64,000 nucleotides of DNA. Origin: Vicugna vicugna. Taxonomy: Eukaryota. The DNA lies in NCBI GenBank assembly GCA_013265495.1, contig MU058213.1, positions 5,351,149 to 5,415,148 on the forward strand, written 5' to 3'. The notes beneath the pieces are model-generated. The model searched no databases. It was given only the letters and a program-made list of their open reading frames with translations, and had not been told where the DNA came from. Made by a program: the position numbers and the translations under genes. Shown here one piece after another: positions 1 to 12,943 of this stretch. Position 1 is the stretch's first letter. Each line of letters starts with the position of its first letter.

Positions 1-2284
1 AATATTGGGAAGATATGAATAAGAGATGAATGAGAACTTTGCGAGGCACAGTGAAGACTAGATCTGTAGCTTTGTAATACCTCCCCTCTGCTACATGATT
101 CTGTGATTGTTCTAACTCTCCTGGAGAAGGCAGGTGCTGGATTCTGGCACGAAGGTGGAAGAGACCGTGGAGGCCTGTGGATGGCATGCATAGGAGGAGT
201 GGGTGGTGGACTTGGGAAACACAACACCCAAGGAAACAGACTAGAACAGAACAGACTAGCATATTATTGCCTATTGGTATGGAAAGGAATCTTAGAGATT
301 GCTTTCTAGATAAGGAAACCAAGATCAGGCACTTGGAAAACAATTAAGTACTGTTCGTTCAGTACGGGCAGTACAACTGAACGTCAGAGAAAAGAGGTTA
401 GGCTTAGCGGGAAGAATGTGAAAGGGTGATGGGTCCTAAAAAGATTTCTAGGTGGGGGTTCCGGAAAAATTGAGACAGGATGGATAGGATAATAGGCTGT
501 TCCTGTGTCTACAGAGGGGAACCATATGGCAGTTCTTAAAGGTCAGAGCAGGGAATCATGTTGGAAATTCTATCAGTAATACCATAAAGGGTCGTGCTCT
601 CATTTTTAATGAAAAAAATTACACTGCGCACACAGAAGAAGGAAACCAGAGTGGCTGGCCAATTCCCTAGCAATCAGACCATGATACATTAGAATATCCA
701 AGATCTGCTTCTCTGGTGCAGTGAATGCAGGTGGGAGGAGGCAGGCAAGGAAGGACATTGGTCGGCAGCTACCTGTCTTCCTCATTGCTTTTCAGGCTAT
801 AATAAATGTATTTAAAAATTAGGAAGCAAGGATGTCAATATGGGCTGAAATCATCTGAGTAGCGATTTGTGACTAGGGTAACTCAAGTCCTCACCTTGTT
901 CGTTTCTCCTTCTGTTCCTTTCCTGCAGTGCACAGCATCAGTTATCCTCCCTAGACAAGAACAGAAAAGCAAGTTCAACGTCTAGGGTGGGAAAAGAGAA
1001 TATTAGTCTTAACGAAGTTTGACAGGGCAGAAGCCTTGCCAGGTCCACTCGGCCATTCAAAGCTTTTATGCCTCCTGTAGACTATCCCAAGTGCATGCAC
1101 ATCACACCATAGAAGAGGGAAGAAGCTTATCTGGAAAGTATTCCTGTCTCAGGATAGGCCTGTGTCTGAATGCGTCTCTTCCTACGCTCGTGGTGTGGAA
1201 AGGAGTTGTCTAAATCAGGTCATCTCAGCCATCAGGAATGTTCTTTTCCTCTTTTCAGAAGATGCTACCAAAATGTTGGTTAGCTTGGAAGTTGTGCCCA
1301 GGGCATTTAATTGGCTTTAAATTAAAAAGAAAGGAAGACACCAAGGTGCTTTTAATTCTGTTATTATAATAGACAGGGATCCTATAAAAAATACAATGTC
1401 AAGTCTAGGTGAAACTGGTAGGCTGTGAAATGGACCCAGGAGATTTTTTTGTTTCTTTGTATTTTGAAAGGAGAAAAGGGAACATGTTCCTGCTGCAACT
1501 TTATTTAGCATTCACTGTAGGGTCTGGAGCCAAGCCTGTGAACAACGTCAAAGACAGCCTTATGTGTGAGATACGCAGCCCCGGAGCTTCCCTCCAGATG
1601 TCCAGTCCTCTCACCTGTCCCTGCTGTCTAGTGGTAGAGCTAAGTCAGTATATCTTAGGATCAGGGACTAAACAGGATGTTAAAAAAATCATCTAGGTAA
1701 TTTCTCTGCCTTCGGGGAGGAGTAAACCAAAACCATTCCACATGTATTAAATATCCCTTGTTTGTAAATTATATTTCTCTGAAGGGCCTCACAAATGGGC
1801 CCCAGGGGAGCTATTTAGAACTAATTCATCACTGTCAGGAAATTATTTCTGTGCAACCTGCCATATTTCACATTCAGACTTCCCTTCTCATTCTTTTGTG
1901 AAGAGATGCAATATCTGGTTATCATCTTCCTGGTAAGAAGTCTTCACGTTTGTCATCTCTTTTTCCTGGAATACATTTGTTTCTGAAACCTTTCCTCACA
2001 GGCCCTTAACTAATTATTCACTACTTAATGCCAAGCCCTAACCTCCAGTTGGCTCCTCTTGAGTTATGAAACCCAAACTGGAATATGTATTCTAGAAAAA
2101 GCTTGACCAGTGCACATCTAAGAGCAACGATCTAATGATCCTGTAGCCCAGAACTTATTCCACCAGGACCACAGTGGCTCTTTAAGCATGATGTGAGGAT
2201 GGCTGATGGTCATTTGTTGTCCTGTTATTTTCTTACCAAATTTGTATGTGACTGTTTCATCTTTCCCAATAACCCCTCCTCGCC

Positions 2285-2433
2285 AAATCTTTCTTTTTTT
2301 CTTTCTTTCTTTTTCCCTTTCCCTCCCTGCTTCCCACCTTCCCTCCTTTCCATCCTTCCTTCCTTCCTTCTCTCCCTTTCTCTCTCTCTCTTTCTCCCTC
2401 CCTCCCCGCCCCCTTCCTTCCTTCCTTCCTTTC
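2285..2433. repeat. CT-rich low-complexity/simple repeat (CCTT/CT)n
   Basis: Near-pure pyrimidine run on +; adjoins the tail end of a minus-strand L1 3' end. Confidence 0.9.
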
Positions 2434-2435
2434 TG

Positions 2436-3000
2436 AGTTAAAATTGACATATAACATTATATTAGTCTCAGTTTTGCAACATAATGATTTGATATTTGTG
2501 TATATTGTGAAATGATTACCAACCACAATAAATCTAGTTAACATCTGTCACCATACACTGTTAAAGATTTTTTTTCTTGAGATGAGAACTTTTATGATTT
2601 ACTCTCTTAGCAACTTTCAGACATGCTATACAGTATTATTGACTATAGCCACCATGCTGAATGTGGCATCCCCATGACTTATTTATTTCATAACTGGAAG
2701 TTTGTACCTTTTGACTCCCTTCACTTATTTCACCCACCCCCTAACTCCACCAATCTGTTCTCTATCTGTGAGCTTGGCTTTTTGTTTTTTGTTTTTAGAT
2801 TCCATATATAAGTGAAATTATATGGTATTTGTCTTTCTCTATCTGACTCATTTTAGTATAATGCTCTCAAGGTCCATTCATGTTGTTGCAAATGGCAAGA
2901 GTTAATTTTAATTCTTTTTTATGGTCAAATAATATTCCACTGTGTATGTATGTGGTGTGTTTGTTTGTTTATTTATTTATATTTATCACATTTTCTTACC
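2436..3000 (-). mobile_element. Old LINE-1 3' end fragment (L1MA/L1MB-like)
   Basis: Typical reverse-complemented L1 3' UTR/ORF2 end ('tttagattccatatataagtgaaattatatggtatttgtctttctct', 'gttgttgcaaatggcaag'); boundaries approximate. Confidence 0.75.
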
Positions 3001-3089
3001 AAATGCTTCTCTAATGGGTCATGATTAAATGGTTTTAACTGGTTATTCAATATATATGACACATTTTTTTAAAATTAGGAAATATATGG

Positions 3090-3451
3090 TGCTATGGTCT
3101 AAATGTTTGTAGTTCCCCTGTCCCTAGGTTCACTGAATTTGTTGAAAACCTAATGCCCAAGGTGACAGTATTAGGAAGTGGGGCCTTTGGTTAGAAATTG
3201 TCCTGAGGGCAGAGCCATTATGAGTAAGGTTAGTAGAGCCCTTATGAAAGACGTCCCAGAGAGCTAGCTCAGCCCTTCCACTGTGTGAGAGCACAGAGAG
3301 AAGTCTACAGCCCGGAAGAGGACCCTCACCTGACCATGCTGGCCCTGATCTTGGACTTCCAGCCTCCAAAACTGTGGAAAATAAATTTCTGTTGTTTATA
3401 AGCCACCTAGTCTGTGGTATTTCGGTATAGCAGCCCAAATGGACTAAGACA
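3090..3451 (+). mobile_element. MaLR solo LTR (MLT1A/MST-like)
   Basis: Starts tgctatggtctaaatg; ends aataaatttctgttgtttataagccacctagtctgtggtat...ggactaagaca, the characteristic MaLR termini. Confidence 0.8.
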
Positions 3452-4661
3452 GTTGGTAAAGAGAAAAGGATATATAATGAAAAGTTCTTTCTCATTACCT
3501 GTCCCAGCCACCTAGTTTCCTCACGCGGTGTCCAATCCTATTTCATGGAGATATCCCATGCATATAAAAAGAAATACCTATAGTGTGTCTTTAATACAAT
3601 TGGCAGTCTGCTTTAAAATTGATCTGCATCGCTTTTAAATTTAATAATAAACCCTGGGGGTCTTTTCACTTTGGGACACACAGATCTCCCTCATTCTATT
3701 TTATGACTGCATAGCATTCTGCTGGTAGATGCACCATATTACGTTTATTCCAAACATTTCTGAATGCTGATTGCATTCTCCAAAAGAGCCTCCATCAGCT
3801 GGAGACTTTCGGAGGCTCACGATGATACTTCGCCTTCCTTGTGCAAAGGTTTGTGGAGTGCCTGCAGGCTTGTGCCTGGTGCCACAGGGAACGCAAGAAG
3901 CGGTGGGTTTGGCAGCCTCTGCTCTAGGGAAAATACAGCCTCGTCAGGGAGAAGAGACCTGGGGACGAGGATTGCTTGCCGCTTCTGTCCCCCTGTAGTC
4001 TTTTGCTTTCTGGCATTTTAGCCTCTACTGGCCTTTTACATGGTAAAAATGGCCCTCCCACTTTCTGGGTGTGCATACAATTGTTCTGAGCCGGATCTGG
4101 CTTATACTGAGAGCCCTTAGAGCAGCAACTGCAAACTCAAATGCCTGCAGGGGCCAGGAAGAAGACTTTAACGCGCAAGTGAAGTGAGCCAGCCAGGAGG
4201 ACTCAAACTCTGTTTAAAGGGAGCAACCTATGGCCACTCTGTCCCAGGAAATTATTTTCCTATGCGTTGCTGAATTTTCTAATTGACTGAAAGGAACCAA
4301 TAGGCAAAAGGTACGTGGGATCTTCCTGTGATATTTCTTACAACTGCACGTAAATTTACAATTATCTCAAATTTAAAAAAAAATTAAAATAAAAGCCAGA
4401 GGTCTGGATCATTGTGTGAAATTACCCGTTCAAAATTCCAACACTGTGCAGGCCTAACGAAACTCATCGGTAAGCCAGGCGAGCCCTAGGACCACCACTT
4501 TGCTATCTGTGCGTAGCTAGAGGGTTATAATTTGATTTGTGTGATGCCTGTGCCAGCCCAATACGTGAGTTTGCTTGAAATATACTTCTTGTTACTCTGA
4601 CTTTTCGCTGTCTTTGGTTGTGGCCGTCTGCACTCACTTGCCAAGTTTCCTCTCATCCCAG

Positions 4662-4788
4662 GTCCTTGGATGTGGCTCTGTTGCCCAGGCTGTCCTCAGT
4701 CGAGGACATTTTGGAGGAATCGTCACTATCATTATTGGATTTCCAATGGCAGTTGGGATGGCCATTTATGTGACTGGAGGTGTCTCCG
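4662..4788 (+). CDS. AQP9: Aquaporin-9 coding exon 2 (127 bp), VLGCGSVAQAVLSRGHFGGIVTIIIGFPMAVGMAIYVTGGVS(G)
   Basis: tcccag acceptor and gtaagt donor; translation matches AQP9 TM1-TM2; phase compatible with exon 3. Confidence 0.96.
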
Positions 4789-4799
4789 GTAAGTAGTAA

Positions 4800-5050
4800 A
4801 ACTAATACTAGCTGCTGTTAGCTCAGCCATTCCAACGTGCTGGCACAGTTCTGGGTGCTTTACATACCTTAATTAGTTTTTAGATCCCAACAGTCCTGCA
4901 AGAATATGTATTTGATTCTATTTTTCATAGACAACAAAATTTAAATAGCCAGCAAATGGTGACTTGAGCAAAGGCAACATTTAGCAAGAGACGGAGATGG
5001 GCGTTAGCATTTAGAACTGACTGCTTCCTAAATCTGGCCACTGAATCCTA
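4800..5050 (-). mobile_element. MIR SINE relic
   Basis: MIR-like phrases ('ctgggtgctttacatac', 'gtgacttgagcaaagg'); strongly diverged. Confidence 0.5.
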
Positions 5051-8000
5051 CAATTCCTCTGTCAATACAATCTTTTACTAGCTCTGCCCCACGCTGAACA
5101 GCCCAGTGTAGATCACTACAACAGAGGCAAGTCCCCAGACCTTTCTCTGCAGCAATGAGAGAGAGAGTCTAGGTCACTTGCAAAACGGCTGGTGCTTTCA
5201 TGGAGGTGCAGACCTAGTCCCGAAGGGCTTGGTCCAATCCTGCCCTGAGGGGTGGGCTAATTAGGAGCCATTCTCAAGGTTCTGAAAAGCAAAATGATAC
5301 GACGTTTAATTCGGCCTGGGAACCTAGGAAGGGACTGTGGAAATGATCCAGTTCCCAAAGGCTTGTAGAATCTTCAGCAGCCTTGTCAGGGGGCTCAGAA
5401 CACTAAGGCAAGACTGCTGGTGATAAGGGAAGAAAGGTAACCCCTGCATGCTGGGCTCTGTGCTGGGTGCCGTACAGGCTTTATCTCCTCTCTCCTCTCC
5501 AGCTGCAGGCTGAGGAGGCAGGCATTATTGTCCACTCTACAGAGAAAACTTGAGCTCCAAGGGATTGAGTAAATTGCTGGAACTCCTAGAGCTGGTAAAG
5601 AGGCAGATTAAAGACCTGACCCAGGTCTACATGACAGCGAAGCACAGGTCTCTGTTATCCCACGATGGTCTATCATGGGAAGGACAGGGCAGGCAGGGCC
5701 TTTGGGCAGAGCGGTCCAGCTGGAGAATCCTGCAGTTGAGCTGCCAGGCCTGGAGACAAATACTCCCTTTGGAGCACTGTTTAGTGCTCAGAGCCTCTGT
5801 GGTCTGGGCAGGGGAACAGTCATCTGCTGGCTGGCAGCCTTTCCATTTCACAGGCAGACTCAGATCCTGGTAGTCTGGCTTACAGAGTCCTGTACGTGCA
5901 GATTTTTTGGCATGAGCAGTGTTTCTGTTCAAACTCTTGCCGAACCTTTGCTGTGAACCCAGCACTGTACTGCCTACCTAAGGCACAGGAATAACCAAGG
6001 GACCACCCTGAACGTGCCAAGGCTGTAATTACAGTGCAGGCCTTGACACCAGACACGAAACACACTCCTGGCTTCGAATAAGCAGGTGGGATGCCCCAAT
6101 GTCTCCCCCTACACGCTCCCAACTGCATCCACACAAGTGTGGTTTCCACAAACCATGCAATATAAACGTAGGGATATTCTCAGCTATTTTTTTTTTTAGG
6201 TGGAGATGTGGTTTTGCAGTATTTCACCTGCATAAAACCCTGAATTGAATGTCATCAAATATTTACTTAGGGTAAATTGGTCCCAGACTCTACCAACATA
6301 GCTAACACCCTTCGTGTCTGTTTGCATCCACTGGTATATTTGGAGTTGCCACAGGAGGAAAAGGGGCTGGGGCCAGCAGGAAGGAGGAGAGGGAGTGACG
6401 GATGGTGTGGAGTCTTCCCATCTGGCCTTTAGCCTGGGGTTAAGCCCCTGTGCTCAGAGGGGTGCGGGCTAGAACTGACGGGACCGTTTTCACTAGAGGT
6501 TGTTTCCAGGCGCAGCTCTGGAGCTGTCCAAACTGTTTACGAGAGACTGTGAGATCTCAAAGTACAGGTAGAGCAGTATCTGAGCTTGGCTGATAAAAGG
6601 CAGCATTGAGTTGGAAAGGAGGATTAATCCCCATCTCTATTAGTTATATCCGGGCTCCCTGAGAACTGGGGGGGACATGCACAGACAACACACTGGCCCA
6701 CCAATGACATCCACGCAGACTCAGTATTGGCTTCAGCAGCCTCAGAAATAGGAGAGGAAGACTACATGGTGGGAGGGGACTTTCTTAAGGTGGCTGCAGC
6801 TAACACACTGGTTTGTGGGCACGTGTGAGGCCCTCTTTGAGAATTCCAAAAATAACCAATGCATACTGGGCATAAACATAAATGGGATCCCACTTTGTGG
6901 TCCAGACTGGTAAAATCAGCTGACATCTGGTTTTGGAATATAAAACATCACCTTACTGCAAGGCAGTTACCGCACCCTGCTCCCTTGAGAATATGCCAGT
7001 AGTCTGGCAATCCAATCTGGCCAATCAGAACTCATAACGCTCTAATTACGCACCGTCCCCCGCCAAGTGTTTACATTGCTTACTTGTCCCTACACTATGG
7101 TGGTTGTTTTTGATATAGCATTTTATAAGCAGTAAAAATTCTTTGAATAAAGCAAAAAAAGTTTGCTTAATAACAAATGAAATATTATCTCTATCAGATT
7201 TATCTGTGGGTGGTGGGGAGGAGGGGACCCATCTAAGACAGAACCTTGGAAGAGTCCGGCCTGCTCACGGAAGACTTTCATCTCAGCCCTCGTGGGCTCC
7301 GTCTACACCCTCTGGGCTCTTCATGGGAATAATCTGATCATCACAACCTTGGCAGGGCCAAGATTTGAGAGTGGCCCTCTCTGACTCGAGCACCCATGTT
7401 CTTTCCACTACACTGCTCTGCTCTGTCCTTTGGGTAAGCTGAGTGATCACTCACCTCTGCAAGGAGAAACTTCCCTCATTGCTTCGCGGAGCACCCTCCC
7501 AGACACACCCTCTCTGACCCCCAAACAACTTTCCTTCTGTAGATCTTTGCAGTCTGAGCTATCTGAATAAAGGACTCTATTTACTTCCCCAACTTTCATA
7601 TCTTGAATACCTACTAAGTGCCTTGCAGCATGTGAAGGTCAAGGTGAGTAACAAACAGCTCCTGTCTCTGGGTGCTTTTGAGAGGCTAAAAGCATAAGCC
7701 TACCTACGGCAAGTTTTATTTTGGAAGAAGAGCGTGTTAAACCATAAACCCCCCATTGGTGGGCTCATCTGAGGAGGTATTTTTGACTGGAGTTGATTTC
7801 TTATGTCCCCTTGTCTTTTCACAATGGGTCCCTCCAGGCTGGCTGGGTGGCAGCTACCCTCCAGCCAGCCTCTGGGAGAAGAGGAACAGGGCTGGCTTCA
7901 GGAACTTCCCACTGCCCTTGCGCTCCCCTCTCTTAACCCCTGTTTCCAGCTTTCCTAGTAAGGTGTACTCCTGTCAGTCTCCAGAACTGTGACCCTCTTG

Positions 8001-8509
8001 GATGTAAAAGTAAGACAAAACAGTTGACACGTCTGTAAAGCTTTAGGAAGTCATCTATGCTTTGATATATTGGCATTTTCTTGTTTATATTAGCCCCCCA
8101 GTGGCAGAGACTGGTGAAGAAAGGACCCTCATGGTTTAGCCAGCAGCCAGAACCCCTCCCACATTGGCTTAGAGACTCAGGAAAAGCATGGCTTTCTTCA
8201 CGGCGGAGGCTGAAGGTGGAGGCTTCCAAAAGCAGTGGAAGGGGGGTTCAAATGGCTAAGTATCACCATCACCATCACCATCACTCCTTTGTTCACACTG
8301 TTTCCACAAGCCACAGGCCCACATTTCAGTGTGGCCACATTGCCAGTGACACTCATGCCTTCCCCGCAAGACGTGGTCCATACTCTTCACATAAGTAAGT
8401 ACGCTTTGCACCTAGAAAGCAAGCCCATGTGCTCAGAGATGATTTTTGAAATTCTTTTTTATTTTCTGGCCCTCTAAGGCAGAGAAACTTTTATAAACTG
8501 AAAGAGGTA

Positions 8510-8725
8510 TAACCTAGAACACAGGCCCTAGAGTTAAAAAAAACCTGGATTTGAATCCTAGACCTAACACTCATTAGCCATGTGGCCTTAAGACATTATT
8601 TCTGTGCCTCAGTTTCCTCACTGATTAGCTAGAGTAGTACCTGTCTCACTGGGTTCTTAGGGGGACCAAGTACATGTCATACCCCTGTGACAGCATGTCA
8701 CAAGTGTTCAGTAAGTGTTGTTGTT
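8510..8725 (+). mobile_element. MIR SINE relic
   Basis: 'cctggatttgaatcc...tctgtgcctcagtttcctca' MIR core. Confidence 0.7.
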
Positions 8726-9354
8726 GCTACCAGTGAAGCCAGCTGGGGATATCAGTGACCCACTCCAGAGCAAGCCCTCTCTCTGGTCTTGCAGAGAGAT
8801 GAGAATCAAGGAGGCTGACATCTCAAGTCAGAGCTGAGGTTGGAGTGAATGGAATGCTGCTCCATTTCTGTGTGTGAAATACACATCCTTTACCCAGAGG
8901 GACTGCAGAGAATCCACCCAGACGCTGTGACCACCCCAAAGTAAACTGAGCCCCTTACCTCAGTGAGAGGCACAGATCGTGGAGGAAGGGCCATTTCCCC
9001 TTAAAGAGACATCTCTTTTTAGTTCTGACATTGTTTCTGTGACCTCTGGATGTGGACTCAGAAATTACTAGATGTGTAAGTATATTCCCTTAAAAATATA
9101 TTGAAGTTAACAGTTTACATCAGTCTCTTTGGGGTTATTGCTTTATAGATAGGCATAACCCAGTAGATGGATGGATGGATGGTAGGTAGGTAGACAGATA
9201 GAAAGATAGATAGCAAGAAAGAAAAATAGAAAGAACATGAACCACTTGAGTACAAGTTTCTTTCTATATTTGACTTCCTTTTCAGAAAGCTGAACTTCCT
9301 AAACAATGTCTAATGATGCCATGAGGGTGGTAAGATCCCCTTCCTCTCCACTCA

Positions 9355-9398
9355 ACACACACACACAAACATACACACACACACACACACACACACAC
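9355..9398. repeat. (CA)n microsatellite in AQP9 intron 2
   Basis: Interrupted CA run about 130 bp upstream of exon 3. Confidence 0.95.
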
Positions 9399-9528
9399 CT
9401 GTCTCCTAACATACAGTCCCCTGTTTAGAAGATTGAGTTCTGCCTGAGGTCTCCAGACAAGGTTTTCCTCACAATAATTCTCTCTGGCCTGCCCTCTGAC
9501 TTTCCTAATCACCTTCTCTTCCTTGCAG

Positions 9529-9666
9529 GTGGACACGTCAACCCAGCCGTGTCTTTCGCAATGTGTCTTTTTGGACGGATGAAGTGGGTCAAATTCCCTT
9601 TTTATGTGGGCGCCCAGCTCTTAGGAGCCTTTGTAGGGTCCGCAGTCCTCTTTGGCATTTACTATG
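9529..9666 (+). CDS. AQP9: Aquaporin-9 coding exon 3 (138 bp), (G)GHVNPAVSFAMCLFGRMKWVKFPFYVGAQLLGAFVGSAVLFGIYY
   Basis: ttgcag acceptor and gtgagt donor; contains the first NPA motif (SGGHVNPAVS, MIP signature); not shown in the ORF track. Confidence 0.97.
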
Positions 9667-11042
9667 GTGAGTAGAGCCCCTGAGTCCAGATATTAGGGAG
9701 AGCTGGGCGTTAAGTTGAAAATCAGGATTACTTGGTTGGAAGAGATGAGATAAGCCAGGAACAAGAAGCGTTCTACACTTTAAAGGCAGTTCTAAGAGTC
9801 TTCAGTTTTAAATAACAGGGCCAACATTATCATTAGGGCAAATTCATGAAGCCCCTTAACGAAAATGGTCACGACTTAAATGCAGAGCAGAACTTAAAGG
9901 AAGTCTATCTTTAGACCCAACCAGCACTACAGTGAGCAATGCTGGAATAAGCAACAGGCCAGTGGCTTCTCCGGGGCTTTCCCTGATTTGGCTGGGAGAG
10001 GAGCCATTGACTGGCGGGAAAGGGTCTGATGAGTAAGTATTTAGAGAGGGAACCTGGAACAAAGTCTTTGAAGGGAGGGAGTACAGAGAGAAATGGGCTG
10101 GGTAGGGAACATCTCTCTCCTGTCCAATAGCCAGGGCTTCCTTTCTGCAACAGCCCTGGGGGAACCACAGTACTGATCATTGAAGATCCAGACTTTAGTT
10201 CCAGGTGAACCGAGTATGTAGCTGTGCATGTTGTCTGACCTTACTGGTCTCAGTTTCCTCCTCTGGAAAATGAAAGAATTGAACTAGATGACTTCTGAGG
10301 CCCTTCACACTAAAAAATCTTGGGGGTCCATAAAATCAACTGTAAAGTAGTTCCTTCTCTCCAACCCAAGGCAAGTTTCAATATTGTATGTCTCTCACAC
10401 TGAAGCTCTCAGGAACTAGACTTTATGAGCCAAGCCTAAGAGATACATTGTGGAAAGGGACCTCTTCCCATAGCATGTTCTAAGAAACAAGAGTGTAGAA
10501 AGAGTAAATAGGAATTCAAGACCAGACCAGAAGCCAGAGAGCTGGCTGCTGTGGCAGGAGAGGCCTGGGAGCGGCGCTGGCAGTGCCAGGGACTGCTCTG
10601 TCCCTTGCTCCAAGGGCATCTTTACTGTACCTGACACCCTCAAATTCTGGACTATCATTAGGAGTTACGGAGACCCCACTGGGCATCATGAATTCTGCCT
10701 AGAGTAGGTCCAAGCTTCACTTTGGCTTCAGGTCAATCTTGAAAATTCCAAGAATTTCCCCCAGAGAAAACTGGATCCCGGGATCCACTGAGTGGGGATT
10801 TGGCTGGAGTTTGGAGTGAACCATCGAGGGTAGTCGGGGCTATCTTTCCCTGACCCGCCATCCTGGGATTTCTCTGGGTGTCCCTAAAACAACCATACTG
10901 TGAAGTGAAGAGAGGCAAACGATGTGGATCTGCCAAGCGGAACCTGCATGTCTGCCTGCAGTTGTTCATCACGGGACCTGGCCGAGGCCTCCCTCACCCC
11001 TGCCCAGAGGACACTAATGTGCCAGGGCTCTGTCTTCCGTAG

Positions 11043-11161
11043 ATGCATTTATGTCTTTTGCTGGTGGAAAACTGCTCATCGTGGGAGAAAATGCAACAGC
11101 TCACATTTTTGCAACATACCCAGCTCCATATCTGTCTCTGGCAAATGCATTCGCAGAACAA
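11043..11161 (+). CDS. AQP9: Aquaporin-9 coding exon 4 (119 bp), (D)AFMSFAGGKLLIVGENATAHIFATYPAPYLSLANAFAEQ
   Basis: ccgtag acceptor and gtaagt donor; loop C with N-glycosylation sequon NAT and the aquaglyceroporin IFATYP motif. Confidence 0.97.
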
Positions 11162-11664
11162 GTAAGTGCACATTCAACAAAGACTTAGCTTTGGTGAAAA
11201 GACATAATCTAATAAGGGGGATGTGTATGAACATCATAGGCCTATCAGAAAAGAAAGGCTATGTTTCCAAAGTCAGAGGTCCCTAAGCGTAAGCCAAGCT
11301 TTGTTGACCAATTCTTGCCCTTGCCAATGTTGACACCACTAAGTCTCCTGCCTCCTCTTTAATATATACACCGTTTCACATCAGTTGAGGTTCAGAGAGA
11401 AGTGGATGACTGGACATTTCAACCCCTGCAGGGGCATTAGGGTTTGCTTCACTCTAACTGTCTCTTTTGTGCACGTGATCTAAAACATGGACGCCTCAAG
11501 AAAAGACATTTTGATCTTAGTTCAAGGACTGTGAAGTGTGGTAGTTGAGAGAGTATCATGGGTTGTCTGTGTCTCCCCACGCGCACAGTTTTATCCAGAC
11601 TCTCCAGGCAGCTAGAAGTGTCTCTGCCTTATTGACATTTAAACAAGCTGCATCCAAGCACCTG

Positions 11665-11900
11665 TGGTGTAGCCAACCGCGCAACTCTTCTGGTCTAAAA
11701 TCAGTTGCCTGATTCTTATCCTGATTCTTCTGCTTATGAGCTGTGTGCCCTTGGTCAAGTTTCTTAACCGCTATCCACATTTCCTTGTCTGTAAACTGGC
11801 AATAAATAGAATTTATCTCATGGATTCTAGTGAAGTTCTAACGAGAGAAAGTATGTGACGTCCCTGGCACATAATAAGCACTTGGACAATAGTAGCTGTC
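11665..11900 (+). mobile_element. MIR SINE relic
   Basis: 'agctgtgtgcccttggtcaagtttcttaac...tttccttgtctgtaaactgg' MIR core. Confidence 0.7.
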
Positions 11901-12943
11901 ATTTAGCTGTTCAAGTTAAATGATCACTTGGAAATTTTAGAAAACAGAGAGTGGGGAAAACACCTGCTACACTGCACCACTTCAGAACACCGCTGTTATT
12001 GTTTGTAAAATCTCTTACAACTTGCATTTTATGCGTGTTTTCAAATATAAAATGTAACGCACATATAATTTTTAACTGAATATCATACGAATTTTTAAAT
12101 GTTGCTGCCATATTATTTTTATATTTACTGTTTTTAATGGCTATATAATTGACCACAGAATGGGCACCCTGTAATATAGTTAGTCTTTTCCCTGTGGATG
12201 TGGACTCCAGTTTTCCAGTACTATAAATAATGCTTCATTATTTATTTGCATATTTGTTTTAAGATTTTTCCCCATATTTTAGATTATTTCCATGGTATGG
12301 TTCTCACATATCCAACTGGGTCAAATTAAGTAAATAATAATTTTTTTAATGCATGTTGCTAAGTTACTGTTGAATTGCCTTTACAAAGTGTAGTATGAGT
12401 TTAGTTCAACTAGGGAAGCCTGAAAGAACTGGCATCATTTCCCTAACATTTGATATTAGTTGCATTTTATTTTTCATTAGAAATCAGTTTTGCCCACTTA
12501 CTTGTTTCTTAAGTCTATTTTTCTTTCATGAATTTTTTTTCATTTCCTTTGCCCATTTACCTATTGATGCCTCACATTATTTTTCTCACCAGTTTGAGGG
12601 AGGCCCTTGGTTCATTTTTCCAGCCAGCAGCTTGCTTTCTGTTTGGCTGGGTAGTAGCTTAGCAGGAGATTGCAGTAAAGACAGCAGTCTCCTGAGTGAA
12701 CTCTCTGGATCCACACGCGACTGCCACTGGCAGTGCCCCCTTGGGCAGGTAACTAATCTGTGGCGGAGAATGATATTAGCACTCACGTCTAGCACAGCTG
12801 TGACAAGAAGTGTCTGGCACAGAGTGCTCACCCGTGCAGGTTACTTATTCCTATGTCTGTTTTTAACAAGAGGGGATGAGTTTTGAGGTGGGCAAGTGGG
12901 AGCAAGCTAAGCTAAACCCCTTGTGCATTTTCTCCCTCCCCAG

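Noticed and set aside
2118..2544. Overlapping ORFs rich in E/R/K/G or F/L/S/P
   Set aside because: Translations of a CT-rich simple repeat
1..4661. AQP9 exon 1 or promoter
   Set aside because: No sequence encoding the AQP9 N-terminus or start of TM1 was found; intron 1 is long, so exon 1 is presumably upstream of the window
8081..8398. ORF with a poly-His run
   Set aside because: Short (CAC/CAT)n repeat in intron 2; no ATG start and no recognisable domain
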